A stretch of DNA of 26,445 nucleotides from a virus (taxonomy: Duplodnaviria > Caudoviricetes): IMG/VR virus record IMGVR_UViG_3300020161_000014, positions 1 through 26,445 of that record; one strand, given 5' to 3'. Below are positions 16,148-25,293 of the stretch, one piece after another. Under the pieces are notes generated by a model. It ran no database searches. It was not told the DNA's origin and worked only from the letters and a program-made list of their open reading frames with translations. Numbering within the stretch: position 1 is the first letter of the stretch; every line of letters begins with the position of its first letter. Position numbers and translations under genes: made by a program.

Positions 16148-17536
16148 ATGGTTCAACCAATCAACTATCTTCAAAACGTCCAAGACCCGTTTGCACAGGC
16201 CGTGCAGGGGTTACAGCTTGGCACTGGCATTGCCAACATCTACGCGCAGCGCGAAGCCGATGAGCAGAAACGTGTTCAGCAAGCATTGGCACAAGCCGAG
16301 CAGCAAAGATACCAGACTGACATAAGCACATTTTTTACAACGCCACCAGCAGAACGAAAGTACGAAAATTTGGAACGCCTGTTTATTGGCGCTAACAAGC
16401 AGCAATTTGATGCCCTGCAAGCTGTTGGCAAAACCATGACCGACGAAAAGCTGGCAACGTCAAAGCGATTTACTGGTCAAGTGCTCTCAGCATTGGAGTC
16501 AAACCCAGAGTCTGCCAAACAATTGATACGGCAATATGCCGAAGCAGAGACAGACCCCATGCAAAAAACAGCATGGCAAGACACGTTAAAGCTGGCTGAA
16601 GTTTCTCCAGAGCAGGCCATTAGAAGCGTAGAACTTATGGGTGGCGCTGCTTTTGGAAAAGATTGGTATGAAACTATCAGCAATGTTCGGAAATCACGCA
16701 GAGAAGAAGCAGCAGCAATACCAGCATTAGTTAAAGCTGGTGCAGACGCAGACGAAGCAATAGCAAAAGCAAAAACAGCGCAAGCCATTGCCGTTAGTGC
16801 ACCAGAGAAAGCAGTTGCTGATCTTGCTTTTGCCAAAGCAACCGCAGCCAAAGCAACAGTCGATGCCAAGTTTGCAGAGAAAAACGCAATTGAAGACCTT
16901 AAAAAGAAAGCTGCTGATTTTGGCCTGACAACAGCCCAGACCAACTCGGCATTAGCAACAACCAAAAAACTCGGTGTTGAAACTGCAAGAGCTGCACTTG
17001 AGTTAGAAGCATTAAAAGCCACAGGCGGTATTGATCCTGCAAAAACATTTGAGCAAGAAGAGAAAATTAGAAAAGAATGGCAAACCCGAAGCAAAGTTTA
17101 TGGTGAATTGGGAACAACCTACCAAAACATAAAATCGTCAGCGACTGCTAAAACTGGACCTGGCGACATTGCACTGATCACCGGCTTTATGAAAATGCTT
17201 GACCCTGGCTCAGTGGTGCGCGAAACAGAATTTGCCACTGCACGAGATACGGCTGGTTTGTATACCGCCTTGGAAAATGCACTAAAGAAAGCGCAAAACG
17301 GCCAATTTTTGCAAGAAAGTCAGCGCAATGACTTTACAACTCTGGCTAAAAAATATTTAGAATCTGCTCAGAAAAAAGCTGCCGAAGATAAAAAGGCGCT
17401 TGGCATAGTTGTAAAGAATTACAGACTTAATCCAGAGAATGTGTTTGGGCCAGAGATAGCGCCAGAACCAGAAGCACCGCCTGTTGCGGCAACCACCCCT
17501 GCTGCTGGACAGCGCAACATAACGGTGGATTACTGA
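16148..17536 (+). CDS. DNA ejection protein (gp20 position)
   Basis: 462 aa, helical and Ala/Lys/Glu-rich, with a GDIALI..FMKMLDPGSVVRETEF block. Confidence 0.65.
   Translation: MVQPINYLQNVQDPFAQAVQGLQLGTGIANIYAQREADEQKRVQQALAQAEQQRYQTDISTFFTTPPAERKYENLERLFIGANKQQFDALQAVGKTMTDEKLATSKRFTGQVLSALESNPESAKQLIRQYAEAETDPMQKTAWQDTLKLAEVSPEQAIRSVELMGGAAFGKDWYETISNVRKSRREEAAAIPALVKAGADADEAIAKAKTAQAIAVSAPEKAVADLAFAKATAAKATVDAKFAEKNAIEDLKKKAADFGLTTAQTNSALATTKKLGVETARAALELEALKATGGIDPAKTFEQEEKIRKEWQTRSKVYGELGTTYQNIKSSATAKTGPGDIALITGFMKMLDPGSVVRETEFATARDTAGLYTALENALKKAQNGQFLQESQRNDFTTLAKKYLESAQKKAAEDKKALGIVVKNYRLNPENVFGPEIAPEPEAPPVAATTPAAGQRNITVDY
17468..17487 (+). repeat. 20-nt direct repeat, copy 1 (CCAGAAGCACCGCCTGTTGC)
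   Basis: Exact match to 18780-18799; both copies encode PEAPPVA. Confidence 0.85.
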
Positions 17537-17537
17537 T

Positions 17538-20387
17538 ATGCCGTACTCCATCACCACCAAAGATGGCATCACCATCAACAACATCCCCGACGATGTTCCA
17601 CCAGATTCGCCTAGCCTGAAAGCACGAGTTGCGGCAATTCGTGCCGGTAATGCTCCAGCTGCCCCAGCATCTGCACCAGCATCTGCAATGGCGGCTCCAG
17701 CCCCTGCCGCTGCCCCTGCGCCCGCCCCTGCACTACCAGTAGCACCAGTAGCACCAGCACCAACACTGCCTGTACCAGTAGCTCCACCAGCCCCGGCCCC
17801 AGCACCATTGGCTTCGCCTGCGCCACAACCTGCCCCTGCTGCCCTGGCTGCAAGCGCTCAAGTTACGCCAACTCAGCAAGCTGGACGAGACCAAGATGCT
17901 GTGCAGATTTTGACGCAGGAGTACCAACAAACACAAAATAGAGTTCAAGCCGGCGACACCAGAGCGCGAACTGATCTTGAATCAATTGGCCGTGAATTAG
18001 CACGCAAGGGTGTTAATGTTCGTTCATTACCTGCTCCAGTTGCATCTGCCCCCATTGCTGCCCCTGCCGCATCGCCTCCAGCACCAGCGCCAGCAGCACC
18101 GGCCCCGGCCCCGGCAGCACAGCCTCAGATGGGATTCTTTGAGGGTTTAGCCGAGCAATTCACCGGATCAAAGCGTTCTGCATCGCCAGAGGTTGCCTTG
18201 GCACTTTCTGAAAAGCGAACAATCTACGATATGCCAGAGACTAACGAAATGTCTTTTGGCTTAGTGAAGGCGGCACTTGGCGGGTTGATGGCTGGATCTG
18301 AAGAGCGTGCCAAGATATTTGCTGCTAACTTCCCTGGCTTGACTTACCGCAAAGACGAGCAAGGAACCGTGTTTATGCGGTCTCCAAAAAATGGTAAGGA
18401 ATACGTTATTCCACCAGGGATGACCGCACAAGACATTCCACGAGTAGGAGCAGCAGGGGCAGCATTCACGCCAGCACTTTATGGGCCTCGGATGGCAGCA
18501 GGAGCAATCAACACCATTCCTCGCGCAATTGGTTTTGGCGCAGCTGTCCAGACAGGAATTGAGGCAAGCCAAGCAGCAACGGGCGGTGGCACTGGTCTGG
18601 CAGACCTTGGTGAAGTGGCATTGGCAGGCGCTCTAGGCCCAGCAGGGCAGATTATTCAGCGAGTTGGCACACCAGTAGTCAAAGCAGTTAAAAGCGGCGC
18701 ACAGAGGGTTATGGCGCGTCCTGCCCCTGCTCCTGCACCTGTACGGGTTGAGCCGACCTTTGAAACGCCGTTTGTAACGCCAGAAGCACCGCCTGTTGCA
18801 CCAACAGCAGCGCCAACACCGCCAGTAACACCAGCCGCTGCGCCAACTGCGACAACTACCGTGACCACAGAGGTTGTCAATAATCTGGTTCAGAAGGCAT
18901 CTGGCACTGGTTTTGGTGCAGCCGCAGCACGCAACAAGCTAGCCGATCTTGCACAAATCAATGTTGGAGCCAAAGAAGCAGCCGACCGTCTTGGCATAAA
19001 ACTGCCTGCTGATGTGTTCAGCGATAGCCCACAGGTTCGCGCAGCCGCAGGACTGACCCGTTCAGCCGCAGCAAGCGAATCCGAGGCAGCATGGCGCACC
19101 ACCGTTTCTCAGGCCGTGGAAAAGGCCGACGAGGTAATCAGGCAGTTTGATGCCACCTTTGTTGAAGGTGCAGTAGCGCCTGGCGTAGTCTCGCAGAAGA
19201 TCAAAGACTCACTGACAGCAACTCGATCTGACCTAAATGCACAAGCAAGCAAAATTTATAACGCCGTTGACGAAGTAGTGCCAAAAACGTCAGTAGTTGA
19301 ATTGCCAAAGCTCCAAGAAATTCTTGCGTCTGTTAAAGCGGAAGTTGGCGAAAAAGGAATGTCAGCCGCAGAGCGCAATCTGGCCAAGATGATTGAAGAG
19401 GGCAATGTCACTTATGGCCGGCTCAAGCGCGAAAAAACGCTGATTGGCAAAGCCATTGATAAGCTGGAATCACCATATGGAAGCATGGCTGAGGCTGATT
19501 TAAAACGCCTGTATGCTGCACTTGCTGACGATCAACTGACAAACGTGGGCAACATTGGTGGCGAGGAACTGCGTAAGCAACTCCGTGCGGCTAACCTGAT
19601 CTACGCCAAAGAACGCGCATTAGGTCAACGCATTGTGAATGCGTTTGGTAATGACATTGAAGGCAGCGTGGCAAACAAAATGCGTACTGCCATCACAGGT
19701 GCAGCCAAGGGCGATGCAGGCGAATTCAATCGTTTGCTTAAGGCTGTACCAGAAGATTTGCGCAAAGAGACAATTGCCACCGCATTGGCATCAGTTACTC
19801 GATCAGCCCGAGGCGCAGAAAAAGGCGGTTTTGGCTTCTCAGAATTTGCTGACATTTACCCTAAGCTACGCGCCAATCCACCGGTTTACAAGACGATTGT
19901 GGAGACACTTGGCAAAGACTCGGCAAACGTGTTGCGTGACCTTTATGAAGTCTCTAAGCGCGTTACAGAGGCCAGGGCCAATGTGCTGACCACTGGTAAG
20001 GCAAACCAAGCATTTGCAAACCCTGAAGGACTTATCGGTAAGGTAATGGATAGCACTATCACTCAGCGCATTGTGACAACCGTTACGGGTCTAGTACCTG
20101 GTGGTGGTGCAGTGGCGCCTGACATCATCAAATTCATGTCAACCGGTGCAGAAGAACGAGTTAAAGCAGCCGGTAAACTATTTGCTGATGAAGCATTCCA
20201 GAAACTTGCAGTTGAAGCAGCAACCAAACCAGCACCAAGCGCAGCAGCTTTACGCCGTACGGCTATGTCACAATCCTTCCAGAATTTTGCAGACGCAGCC
20301 AGATTGCCAAAATCACTTGATGCAAGGGTTCAGTGGTTGCAGTCAGCAGCGCAGGCCGGCCGACAATCCACCCAGGAGAACCAGTAA
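17538..20387 (+). CDS. Large DNA ejection protein (gp16 position) with Pro/Ala-rich linkers
   Basis: 949 aa, third ejection-type gene, before the tailspike module. Helical C-half. Confidence 0.7.
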   Translation: MPYSITTKDGITINNIPDDVPPDSPSLKARVAAIRAGNAPAAPASAPASAMAAPAPAAAPAPAPALPVAPVAPAPTLPVPVAPPAPAPAPLASPAPQPAPAALAASAQVTPTQQAGRDQDAVQILTQEYQQTQNRVQAGDTRARTDLESIGRELARKGVNVRSLPAPVASAPIAAPAASPPAPAPAAPAPAPAAQPQMGFFEGLAEQFTGSKRSASPEVALALSEKRTIYDMPETNEMSFGLVKAALGGLMAGSEERAKIFAANFPGLTYRKDEQGTVFMRSPKNGKEYVIPPGMTAQDIPRVGAAGAAFTPALYGPRMAAGAINTIPRAIGFGAAVQTGIEASQAATGGGTGLADLGEVALAGALGPAGQIIQRVGTPVVKAVKSGAQRVMARPAPAPAPVRVEPTFETPFVTPEAPPVAPTAAPTPPVTPAAAPTATTTVTTEVVNNLVQKASGTGFGAAAARNKLADLAQINVGAKEAADRLGIKLPADVFSDSPQVRAAAGLTRSAAASESEAAWRTTVSQAVEKADEVIRQFDATFVEGAVAPGVVSQKIKDSLTATRSDLNAQASKIYNAVDEVVPKTSVVELPKLQEILASVKAEVGEKGMSAAERNLAKMIEEGNVTYGRLKREKTLIGKAIDKLESPYGSMAEADLKRLYAALADDQLTNVGNIGGEELRKQLRAANLIYAKERALGQRIVNAFGNDIEGSVANKMRTAITGAAKGDAGEFNRLLKAVPEDLRKETIATALASVTRSARGAEKGGFGFSEFADIYPKLRANPPVYKTIVETLGKDSANVLRDLYEVSKRVTEARANVLTTGKANQAFANPEGLIGKVMDSTITQRIVTTVTGLVPGGGAVAPDIIKFMSTGAEERVKAAGKLFADEAFQKLAVEAATKPAPSAAALRRTAMSQSFQNFADAARLPKSLDARVQWLQSAAQAGRQSTQENQ
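17652..18128 (+). repeat. Two low-complexity Pro/Ala tracts flanking a ~55-aa helical insert
   Basis: Degenerate GCx-CCx repeats at about 17652-17858 and 18030-18128. Confidence 0.8.
18780..18799 (+). repeat. 20-nt direct repeat, copy 2
   Basis: Exact match to 17468-17487. Confidence 0.85.
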
Positions 20388-20869
20388 TGTCAGCACTCTC
20401 GATTCAACCACCGTATCCAGCATTTGCTGGCGCTGACGGTCTGCCACTGGAGAACGGCTACATCTGGGTTGGCACGGTCAACCTGAACCCCCAGGTCAAC
20501 CAGATCGCGGTCTATTGGGACTCAGCTCTGACCATCCCGGCAGCGCAGCCCATCCGCACGCTTAACGGGTATCCCGTCTACCAGGGCACACCATCACGCT
20601 TCTACGCTGCCAGCGACTACAGCATCCAGGTGCTAGACAGCAAAGGCAGCGTGGTTTATACCTCCACGAACGGCAATGTCGCATCTGGATCTATTTCAAC
20701 GAACGCAACCGGCAATGGCGCGCAGACCATCTTCCCAATAACGTCAACACTTTTTGCGATCTACATTAACGGCGTCTATCAGAACCAAAACACTTACACG
20801 GTGACTGGCGGTAATGTGACATTCTCGGAAGCGCCCCCACTTAATTCTGTAATTGAATTCTTGGTGTAA
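20387..20869 (+). CDS. Stand-alone P22 tailspike head-binding domain protein (adaptor), 160 aa
   Basis: AGGAG SD and TAATG overlap. DGLPLENGYIWVG..NP..NQIAVYWD..AQPIRT..GYP...YSIQVLD matches the head-binding domain, followed by one short GNGAQT.F..INGVYQ..TFSEAPP module. Confidence 0.8.
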   Translation: MSALSIQPPYPAFAGADGLPLENGYIWVGTVNLNPQVNQIAVYWDSALTIPAAQPIRTLNGYPVYQGTPSRFYAASDYSIQVLDSKGSVVYTSTNGNVASGSISTNATGNGAQTIFPITSTLFAIYINGVYQNQNTYTVTGGNVTFSEAPPLNSVIEFLV

Positions 20870-20872
20870 ATT

Positions 20873-21868
20873 ATGATAACGCCATCTTACTCAATCACAG
20901 CCACAGAGCGCGTTTTGCCACGACTAGCGCTTGATTTCACCACGGCGACTCTTGACCCTCGCATCACATTTACGCGATCTGGCAACACTGCCACTGTTAT
21001 CAATTCAAGTGGTGTGATTACAGCAATCAATGCTAATTTGCCACGGTTTGACTACAACCCTACAACCTTGGTGTGTAATGGTTTGTTGATTGAAGAATCA
21101 CGTTCAAATTTATTGCTGAACAGTCTTATTGATGGGACAAATCTTTCAACGCAATTAGTAACTACAGCCGCAACGTCAAATACTTTATCTTTTTATGGAA
21201 CAGGTCAAATTGTTTTAACTGGTACAAGTTCGGCGACTGTTGTGGGAACAGGCGCGTATCCAACTCGCACGACACTAACTTTCACACCGACTGTTGGCGT
21301 ATTGACTCTAACAGTTACAGGGACTGTGCAATACGCGCAACTTGAAGCAGGAGCTTTTGCAACTAGCTTTATCCCTACAGCGGCCTCTACAGTCACGCGC
21401 AGCGCTGATATTGCCACAATGACCAGCACAAACTTTAGCAGTTGGTACAACGCTACCGAAGGCACTTTTGTAGCAACTACAAACAAAACAACTACGGCAG
21501 TTTCAGCTATTTATCTATCTGCAAATGATGGCACTAATACCAATCGTATGCAATTGGTTTGGAACTCTCCAACTAATTCTCATGGTTCTGAAATTATTGC
21601 AACAACTACCCAAGCCAGTTTAACAACAGGCGCTATTGCAGGCGGAACAAATAAAGCGTCATTAGCGTATAAGTTGAATAGTATTGCTGCCAGTGTAAAT
21701 GCTGCAACACCTTTAACGGATACGAGTGCAACCATTCCGACAGTCAATACACTAAGCATTGGTGGTAGAACTTATTTAACTAATGCGTTTCTCAATGGTT
21801 GGTTTGCTAAATTGGCGTATTACCCGCAAAGATTAACAAATGCTGAAGTACAAGCATTTTCCAAATAA
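20873..21868 (+). CDS. Fibre/receptor-binding protein with a ConA/LamG-like domain
   Basis: FTRS, PRFDY, GLLIEESRSNL, AQLEAGAFATSFIPT, WYNATEGT and YYPQRLTNAE motifs. AT-richer DNA. Confidence 0.7.
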   Translation: MITPSYSITATERVLPRLALDFTTATLDPRITFTRSGNTATVINSSGVITAINANLPRFDYNPTTLVCNGLLIEESRSNLLLNSLIDGTNLSTQLVTTAATSNTLSFYGTGQIVLTGTSSATVVGTGAYPTRTTLTFTPTVGVLTLTVTGTVQYAQLEAGAFATSFIPTAASTVTRSADIATMTSTNFSSWYNATEGTFVATTNKTTTAVSAIYLSANDGTNTNRMQLVWNSPTNSHGSEIIATTTQASLTTGAIAGGTNKASLAYKLNSIAASVNAATPLTDTSATIPTVNTLSIGGRTYLTNAFLNGWFAKLAYYPQRLTNAEVQAFSK

Positions 21869-21878
21869 AGGCTAAACC

Positions 21879-23123
21879 ATGTCGCTCACAAAAGTTTCGT
21901 ATTCAATGATTACTGGTGCGCCAGTAAACGTTTTGGATTATGGAGCCGATCCAACTGGCACAACAGACAGCGTTAGTGCAATTCAAGCTGCTTGGAATGC
22001 GGTTAAAGTTTCTAATGGAACTTTGTATTTCCCCGCAGGTACGTATCGGTGTGATAGTGCTTTGACTTTTACGGTTGCTTATTCATCCACCAATCATTTT
22101 CATGCGGTAGTCGGAAATTGTGCAACCCTTGACTTTTCAAACACAGCACTGACCACTGGGAACATGATTACGTTTGGGGCAGGCGTTGGGTTCTATGAAG
22201 AAAAGACCCGTTTTGTCATGCAAGGTTTTAGCTTGATTGGGCCATCTTTAGGCACGATTACAGCAACCAGCACACCACCACACACTTTGGTCGGTATTTT
22301 CTTTAACTACGCAATCAATTTGACGCTGCGGGACATTACGGTTTTCAGTTTTTATATTGGGTATAAGGTTGACTTCTGTTTTCCGATTGTTGCGGAGGCT
22401 GTGGTTTCTGATAATTGCTATGTTGGCTTGCAGTTAATTGCTGATGCAACTTGTTCATCTTGGGTTGGATGCACGTTTAAGGAAGGTCGTTTTGGCGTTG
22501 TAATTGAACCTAAAGGCACTGGCTCTAACATATACGGTCAGACCTTTATTCGCCCCTTGCTTGAAGGCAATTTTGTCGGGATGGTAATGAGTCCTTTGAG
22601 TGGCAGTGGTGCTGGTATTTGGGACATTAATGTTATTGACCCATACATGGAAGCCATTACTTATGATGGTTTTAGAATTGGACGCGCCATAAATTACAGT
22701 GACGCAAGTGCTACTGGAGCAGACCAGACGCGCAATGCGTACAACGTGCGAATTACTGGCGGTCTATGGGATGGTGAATGGGGAACATCTGGACACCAGC
22801 CCGTGCTGTTTCATGCTGCTGATAGCGGGTCTGCGCCTGCTGGATGCGTGGTGGATATACCCGTCCAATTGTCCACTGCTTCCATTGGTTTTACCCGCAA
22901 AAGCCAATTAAACAACCGCATTGATCTTTTTGTTGGCGCTAGTACAACAATCACAGATCAAATTCAATACCAACCCAAATCTACATCTTTAAGTATCACT
23001 GACGGCATAACCGCACCTACCACCGAACTTGGGTTTGCTCAAATTTATGTGGATTCGTCCGATGGTGACTTAAAAATTAAATTTGGCGATGGCACGGTAA
23101 AAACCATTGTGACTGACACTTAA
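21879..23123 (+). CDS. Tailspike depolymerase, pectate-lyase-3-like beta-helix
   Basis: VNVLDYGADPTG..DS..AIQAA...GTLYFPAGTY entry motif, followed by beta-helix-like repeats. Confidence 0.85.
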   Translation: MSLTKVSYSMITGAPVNVLDYGADPTGTTDSVSAIQAAWNAVKVSNGTLYFPAGTYRCDSALTFTVAYSSTNHFHAVVGNCATLDFSNTALTTGNMITFGAGVGFYEEKTRFVMQGFSLIGPSLGTITATSTPPHTLVGIFFNYAINLTLRDITVFSFYIGYKVDFCFPIVAEAVVSDNCYVGLQLIADATCSSWVGCTFKEGRFGVVIEPKGTGSNIYGQTFIRPLLEGNFVGMVMSPLSGSGAGIWDINVIDPYMEAITYDGFRIGRAINYSDASATGADQTRNAYNVRITGGLWDGEWGTSGHQPVLFHAADSGSAPAGCVVDIPVQLSTASIGFTRKSQLNNRIDLFVGASTTITDQIQYQPKSTSLSITDGITAPTTELGFAQIYVDSSDGDLKIKFGDGTVKTIVTDT

Positions 23124-23125
23124 AT

Positions 23126-23413
23126 ATGAACGCATTAGACATTCACCTCAAGTTTCCCGATGAAGCTACAGCTATTCGCTTGATGCTTGAAACGGGGCTG
23201 CTGCAACAATTTACTGAAGATGGAAACATCTTTAACGCCCAAGGCCAAGGACAGATGATTGACATCATTGGCCCTATTTACAAAATTACTGGCGCTGTAC
23301 CAGAGATGGTGGATGTTGGAGGCTGGCACGTCAATATGCGTGGGGAATTGCCAGAATCAATCAAGCCATACAAAATAACCGTATCTGGTACACCGTACCG
23401 CATTTGGGATTAA
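23126..23413 (+). CDS. Hypothetical protein, probable fibre partner/chaperone
   Basis: 95 aa; LKFPDE..IDIIGPI..GWHVN.R..TPYRIW. Confidence 0.65.
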   Translation: MNALDIHLKFPDEATAIRLMLETGLLQQFTEDGNIFNAQGQGQMIDIIGPIYKITGAVPEMVDVGGWHVNMRGELPESIKPYKITVSGTPYRIWD

Positions 23414-23422
23414 GGAACCATC

Positions 23423-23773
23423 ATGTTAAAAACCGTTGCTTTTTTACCAGGCTCTTCGCCAGCTTTTATCCTGAGTCCTGATGGCATCATTACCGAGGCA
23501 GGCGTTTCACGCACGCTGTCTGCTGCTGACAATGGAAAAGTAATCTACTGCACATCAGGTTCTGCTACCACAATCACTTGTGCTGCTGGTCTTGGTGTTG
23601 CTTTTTCTTGCACAATCATTCAAGGAGGAGCAGGCAAAGTCACAGTGGCTGCAGGCGGTCAAACACTGGTTTCTTACTCCAACCTGTTCAGCACAATGGG
23701 GCAATATGCTGTTATCTCATTGATAGCTCCAGTTGCCAACACATTCATTGCTGCAGGTAATCTCGGCGTTTAA
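23423..23773 (+). CDS. Small fibre-tip-like beta module protein
   Basis: TAAGGA SD; RTLSAADNGKVI..IIQGGAGKVT..GQYAVISL..AAGNL. Confidence 0.65.
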   Translation: MLKTVAFLPGSSPAFILSPDGIITEAGVSRTLSAADNGKVIYCTSGSATTITCAAGLGVAFSCTIIQGGAGKVTVAAGGQTLVSYSNLFSTMGQYAVISLIAPVANTFIAAGNLGV

Positions 23774-23787
23774 CTCAAGGAAAAACC

Positions 23788-24141
23788 ATGTCTACAAATT
23801 CACAAATCGCATTTGCCCCCCTTGGCAATACCGTTGTCATCCCTGCTGCCGCTGTTGCTCCTACTGGCGTCCAGGCGCTGGTGCTGGCCAGGCTTGATGC
23901 CCAGAGCACCGGCCAGTATCGGATCATCAACTCTAGCGCCAACACGGTGTTCCTGGGCGTTGGTGGCACTGCAGCAGAGGCCACGGCCAACGCAGTGGCG
24001 CCGGTCGCTGGCACGCCATCTGCGGCCATCGTGCTGGTGCCTGGTGCAGTTGAGGTGCTGCGCTTTGGTCGGGAGTCATACTTCAGTGGCCTGGCCTCGG
24101 CTGCGTCCACCGTGTACATCGTCCAGGGCGAGGGCATGTAA
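23788..24141 (+). CDS. Hypothetical virion-associated protein
   Basis: 117 aa, AAGGA SD, ends VYIVQGEGM. GC content returns to a higher level here. Confidence 0.7.
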   Translation: MSTNSQIAFAPLGNTVVIPAAAVAPTGVQALVLARLDAQSTGQYRIINSSANTVFLGVGGTAAEATANAVAPVAGTPSAAIVLVPGAVEVLRFGRESYFSGLASAASTVYIVQGEGM

Positions 24142-24344
24142 TGAATCAGGTCGATGCAACTGATGCACGGCTTCATACGCACGAAGAAATTTGTGCGCTG
24201 AGGTACGAGGCTATTCAGAAGTCGTTTGAGTCAGGCAGCAAGCGCATGAGCCGCATCGAGTACATCCTTTATGCGCTCATTGCCGTGACGCTGCTTGGCC
24301 CAGGCTTTGCTGCTGAGATGCTGAAAAAGATGCTGGGGCTTTAA
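24141..24344 (+). CDS. Small coiled-coil plus C-terminal TM protein (holin/XhlA-like)
   Basis: HEEICALRY...RMSRIE followed by a hydrophobic helix. TAATG overlaps; start of the lysis region. Confidence 0.6.
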   Translation: MNQVDATDARLHTHEEICALRYEAIQKSFESGSKRMSRIEYILYALIAVTLLGPGFAAEMLKKMLGL

Positions 24345-24799
24345 TGATCGACCTCACCAAAGCCATAGGAGCCGTTGCCGCCAGCGTTGCGGCGCTGGGC
24401 GGCAGCTACACCCTTGCCGATAAATTTGGTTGGTTTGATCGAGAAATCCTAAAGTGGACTCCTGAACATTTCAAGATCGTGGCAGAGGCTGGCAAGCCAA
24501 TCTCAGTCACCGTTGCGCGGATTAAAAAGCGCGACGACTGTTCTGTCGAGAGTTTCACCCCAAGCATTCGGGATGCCGCAGGCATGGTCCACGAAGCGAC
24601 CACCACGGCCAGCAAGTTCAGCGGCCCGGCAGGTCCAGAGATTGATACGTTCACGTACCAACTCACCATGGTGAGGAAAGAAAAGATTGCCCCCGGCACG
24701 GCAACTCTGCTGGCAACGATCAAATACAAATGCCCAGAAGGGGAACGTGTTGTTCAATATCCCCGTCACGCAAATCTAAGTTTTGACCTTAAAGGCTAA
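24344..24799 (+). CDS. Membrane-anchored hypothetical protein in the lysis cassette
   Basis: N-terminal hydrophobic helix and a beta-rich domain with two Cys. Confidence 0.6.
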   Translation: MIDLTKAIGAVAASVAALGGSYTLADKFGWFDREILKWTPEHFKIVAEAGKPISVTVARIKKRDDCSVESFTPSIRDAAGMVHEATTTASKFSGPAGPEIDTFTYQLTMVRKEKIAPGTATLLATIKYKCPEGERVVQYPRHANLSFDLKG

Positions 24800-24801
24800 T
24801 C

Positions 24802-25293
24802 ATGCTGACCCTACTCTCAACCCTGATTAGCTTCCTGGCTGGTGGTTTACCCAAGCTGCTTGGTTTCTTCCAAGATCGTGCTGACAAGAAGCATGAGATG
24901 GCAATGGCTCAACTTCAGATTGAACGTGAACTGGAACTCCGCAAGGCTGGCTTTGAAGCGCAGCAGCGGGTTGAGGAGATTCGGGTAGAGGGCCAGATGA
25001 TCGAGGCAGAGGCATCAGAACGCTCTGCAATCTACGCGCACGACATTGCCATAGGTCAGGGTGCATCACAGTGGATGATCAATCTGAGGGCCGGTGTAAG
25101 ACCGTTGTTGACCTATGGATTCTTTCTACTGTTTGCTTTTGTTGAAGTTGGTGGTTTTATATACGCTTGGAATCATGGCATTGAATTTGATGTGTTGATT
25201 GAGAAACTTTGGGATACCGATACCCAATTGATCTTTGCTTCAATCATCAGTTTCCACTTTGGTGGCAGGGCATTTAAAGGTGGCAAAGATTGA
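24802..25293 (+). CDS. Putative holin (3TM gene-transfer-release-like)
   Basis: DKKHE..M coiled coil, SQWMINLRAGVRPLLTY, C-terminal IISFHFGGR. Adjacent to the endolysin. Confidence 0.65.
   Translation: MLTLLSTLISFLAGGLPKLLGFFQDRADKKHEMAMAQLQIERELELRKAGFEAQQRVEEIRVEGQMIEAEASERSAIYAHDIAIGQGASQWMINLRAGVRPLLTYGFFLLFAFVEVGGFIYAWNHGIEFDVLIEKLWDTDTQLIFASIISFHFGGRAFKGGKD

Noticed and set aside
17652-18128. Repetitive GCx/CCx DNA as a CRISPR array or DGR repeat
   Set aside because: It is degenerate Pro/Ala coding sequence; no repeat-spacer pattern, cas gene or reverse transcriptase in the window.
20366-20375. ATCCACCCAG, identical to part of pseudoknot copy 1, before the adaptor gene
   Set aside because: The flanking GGC/GCC stem and the TGGGTG-AGT partner are missing; it runs into the SD and is probably chance.
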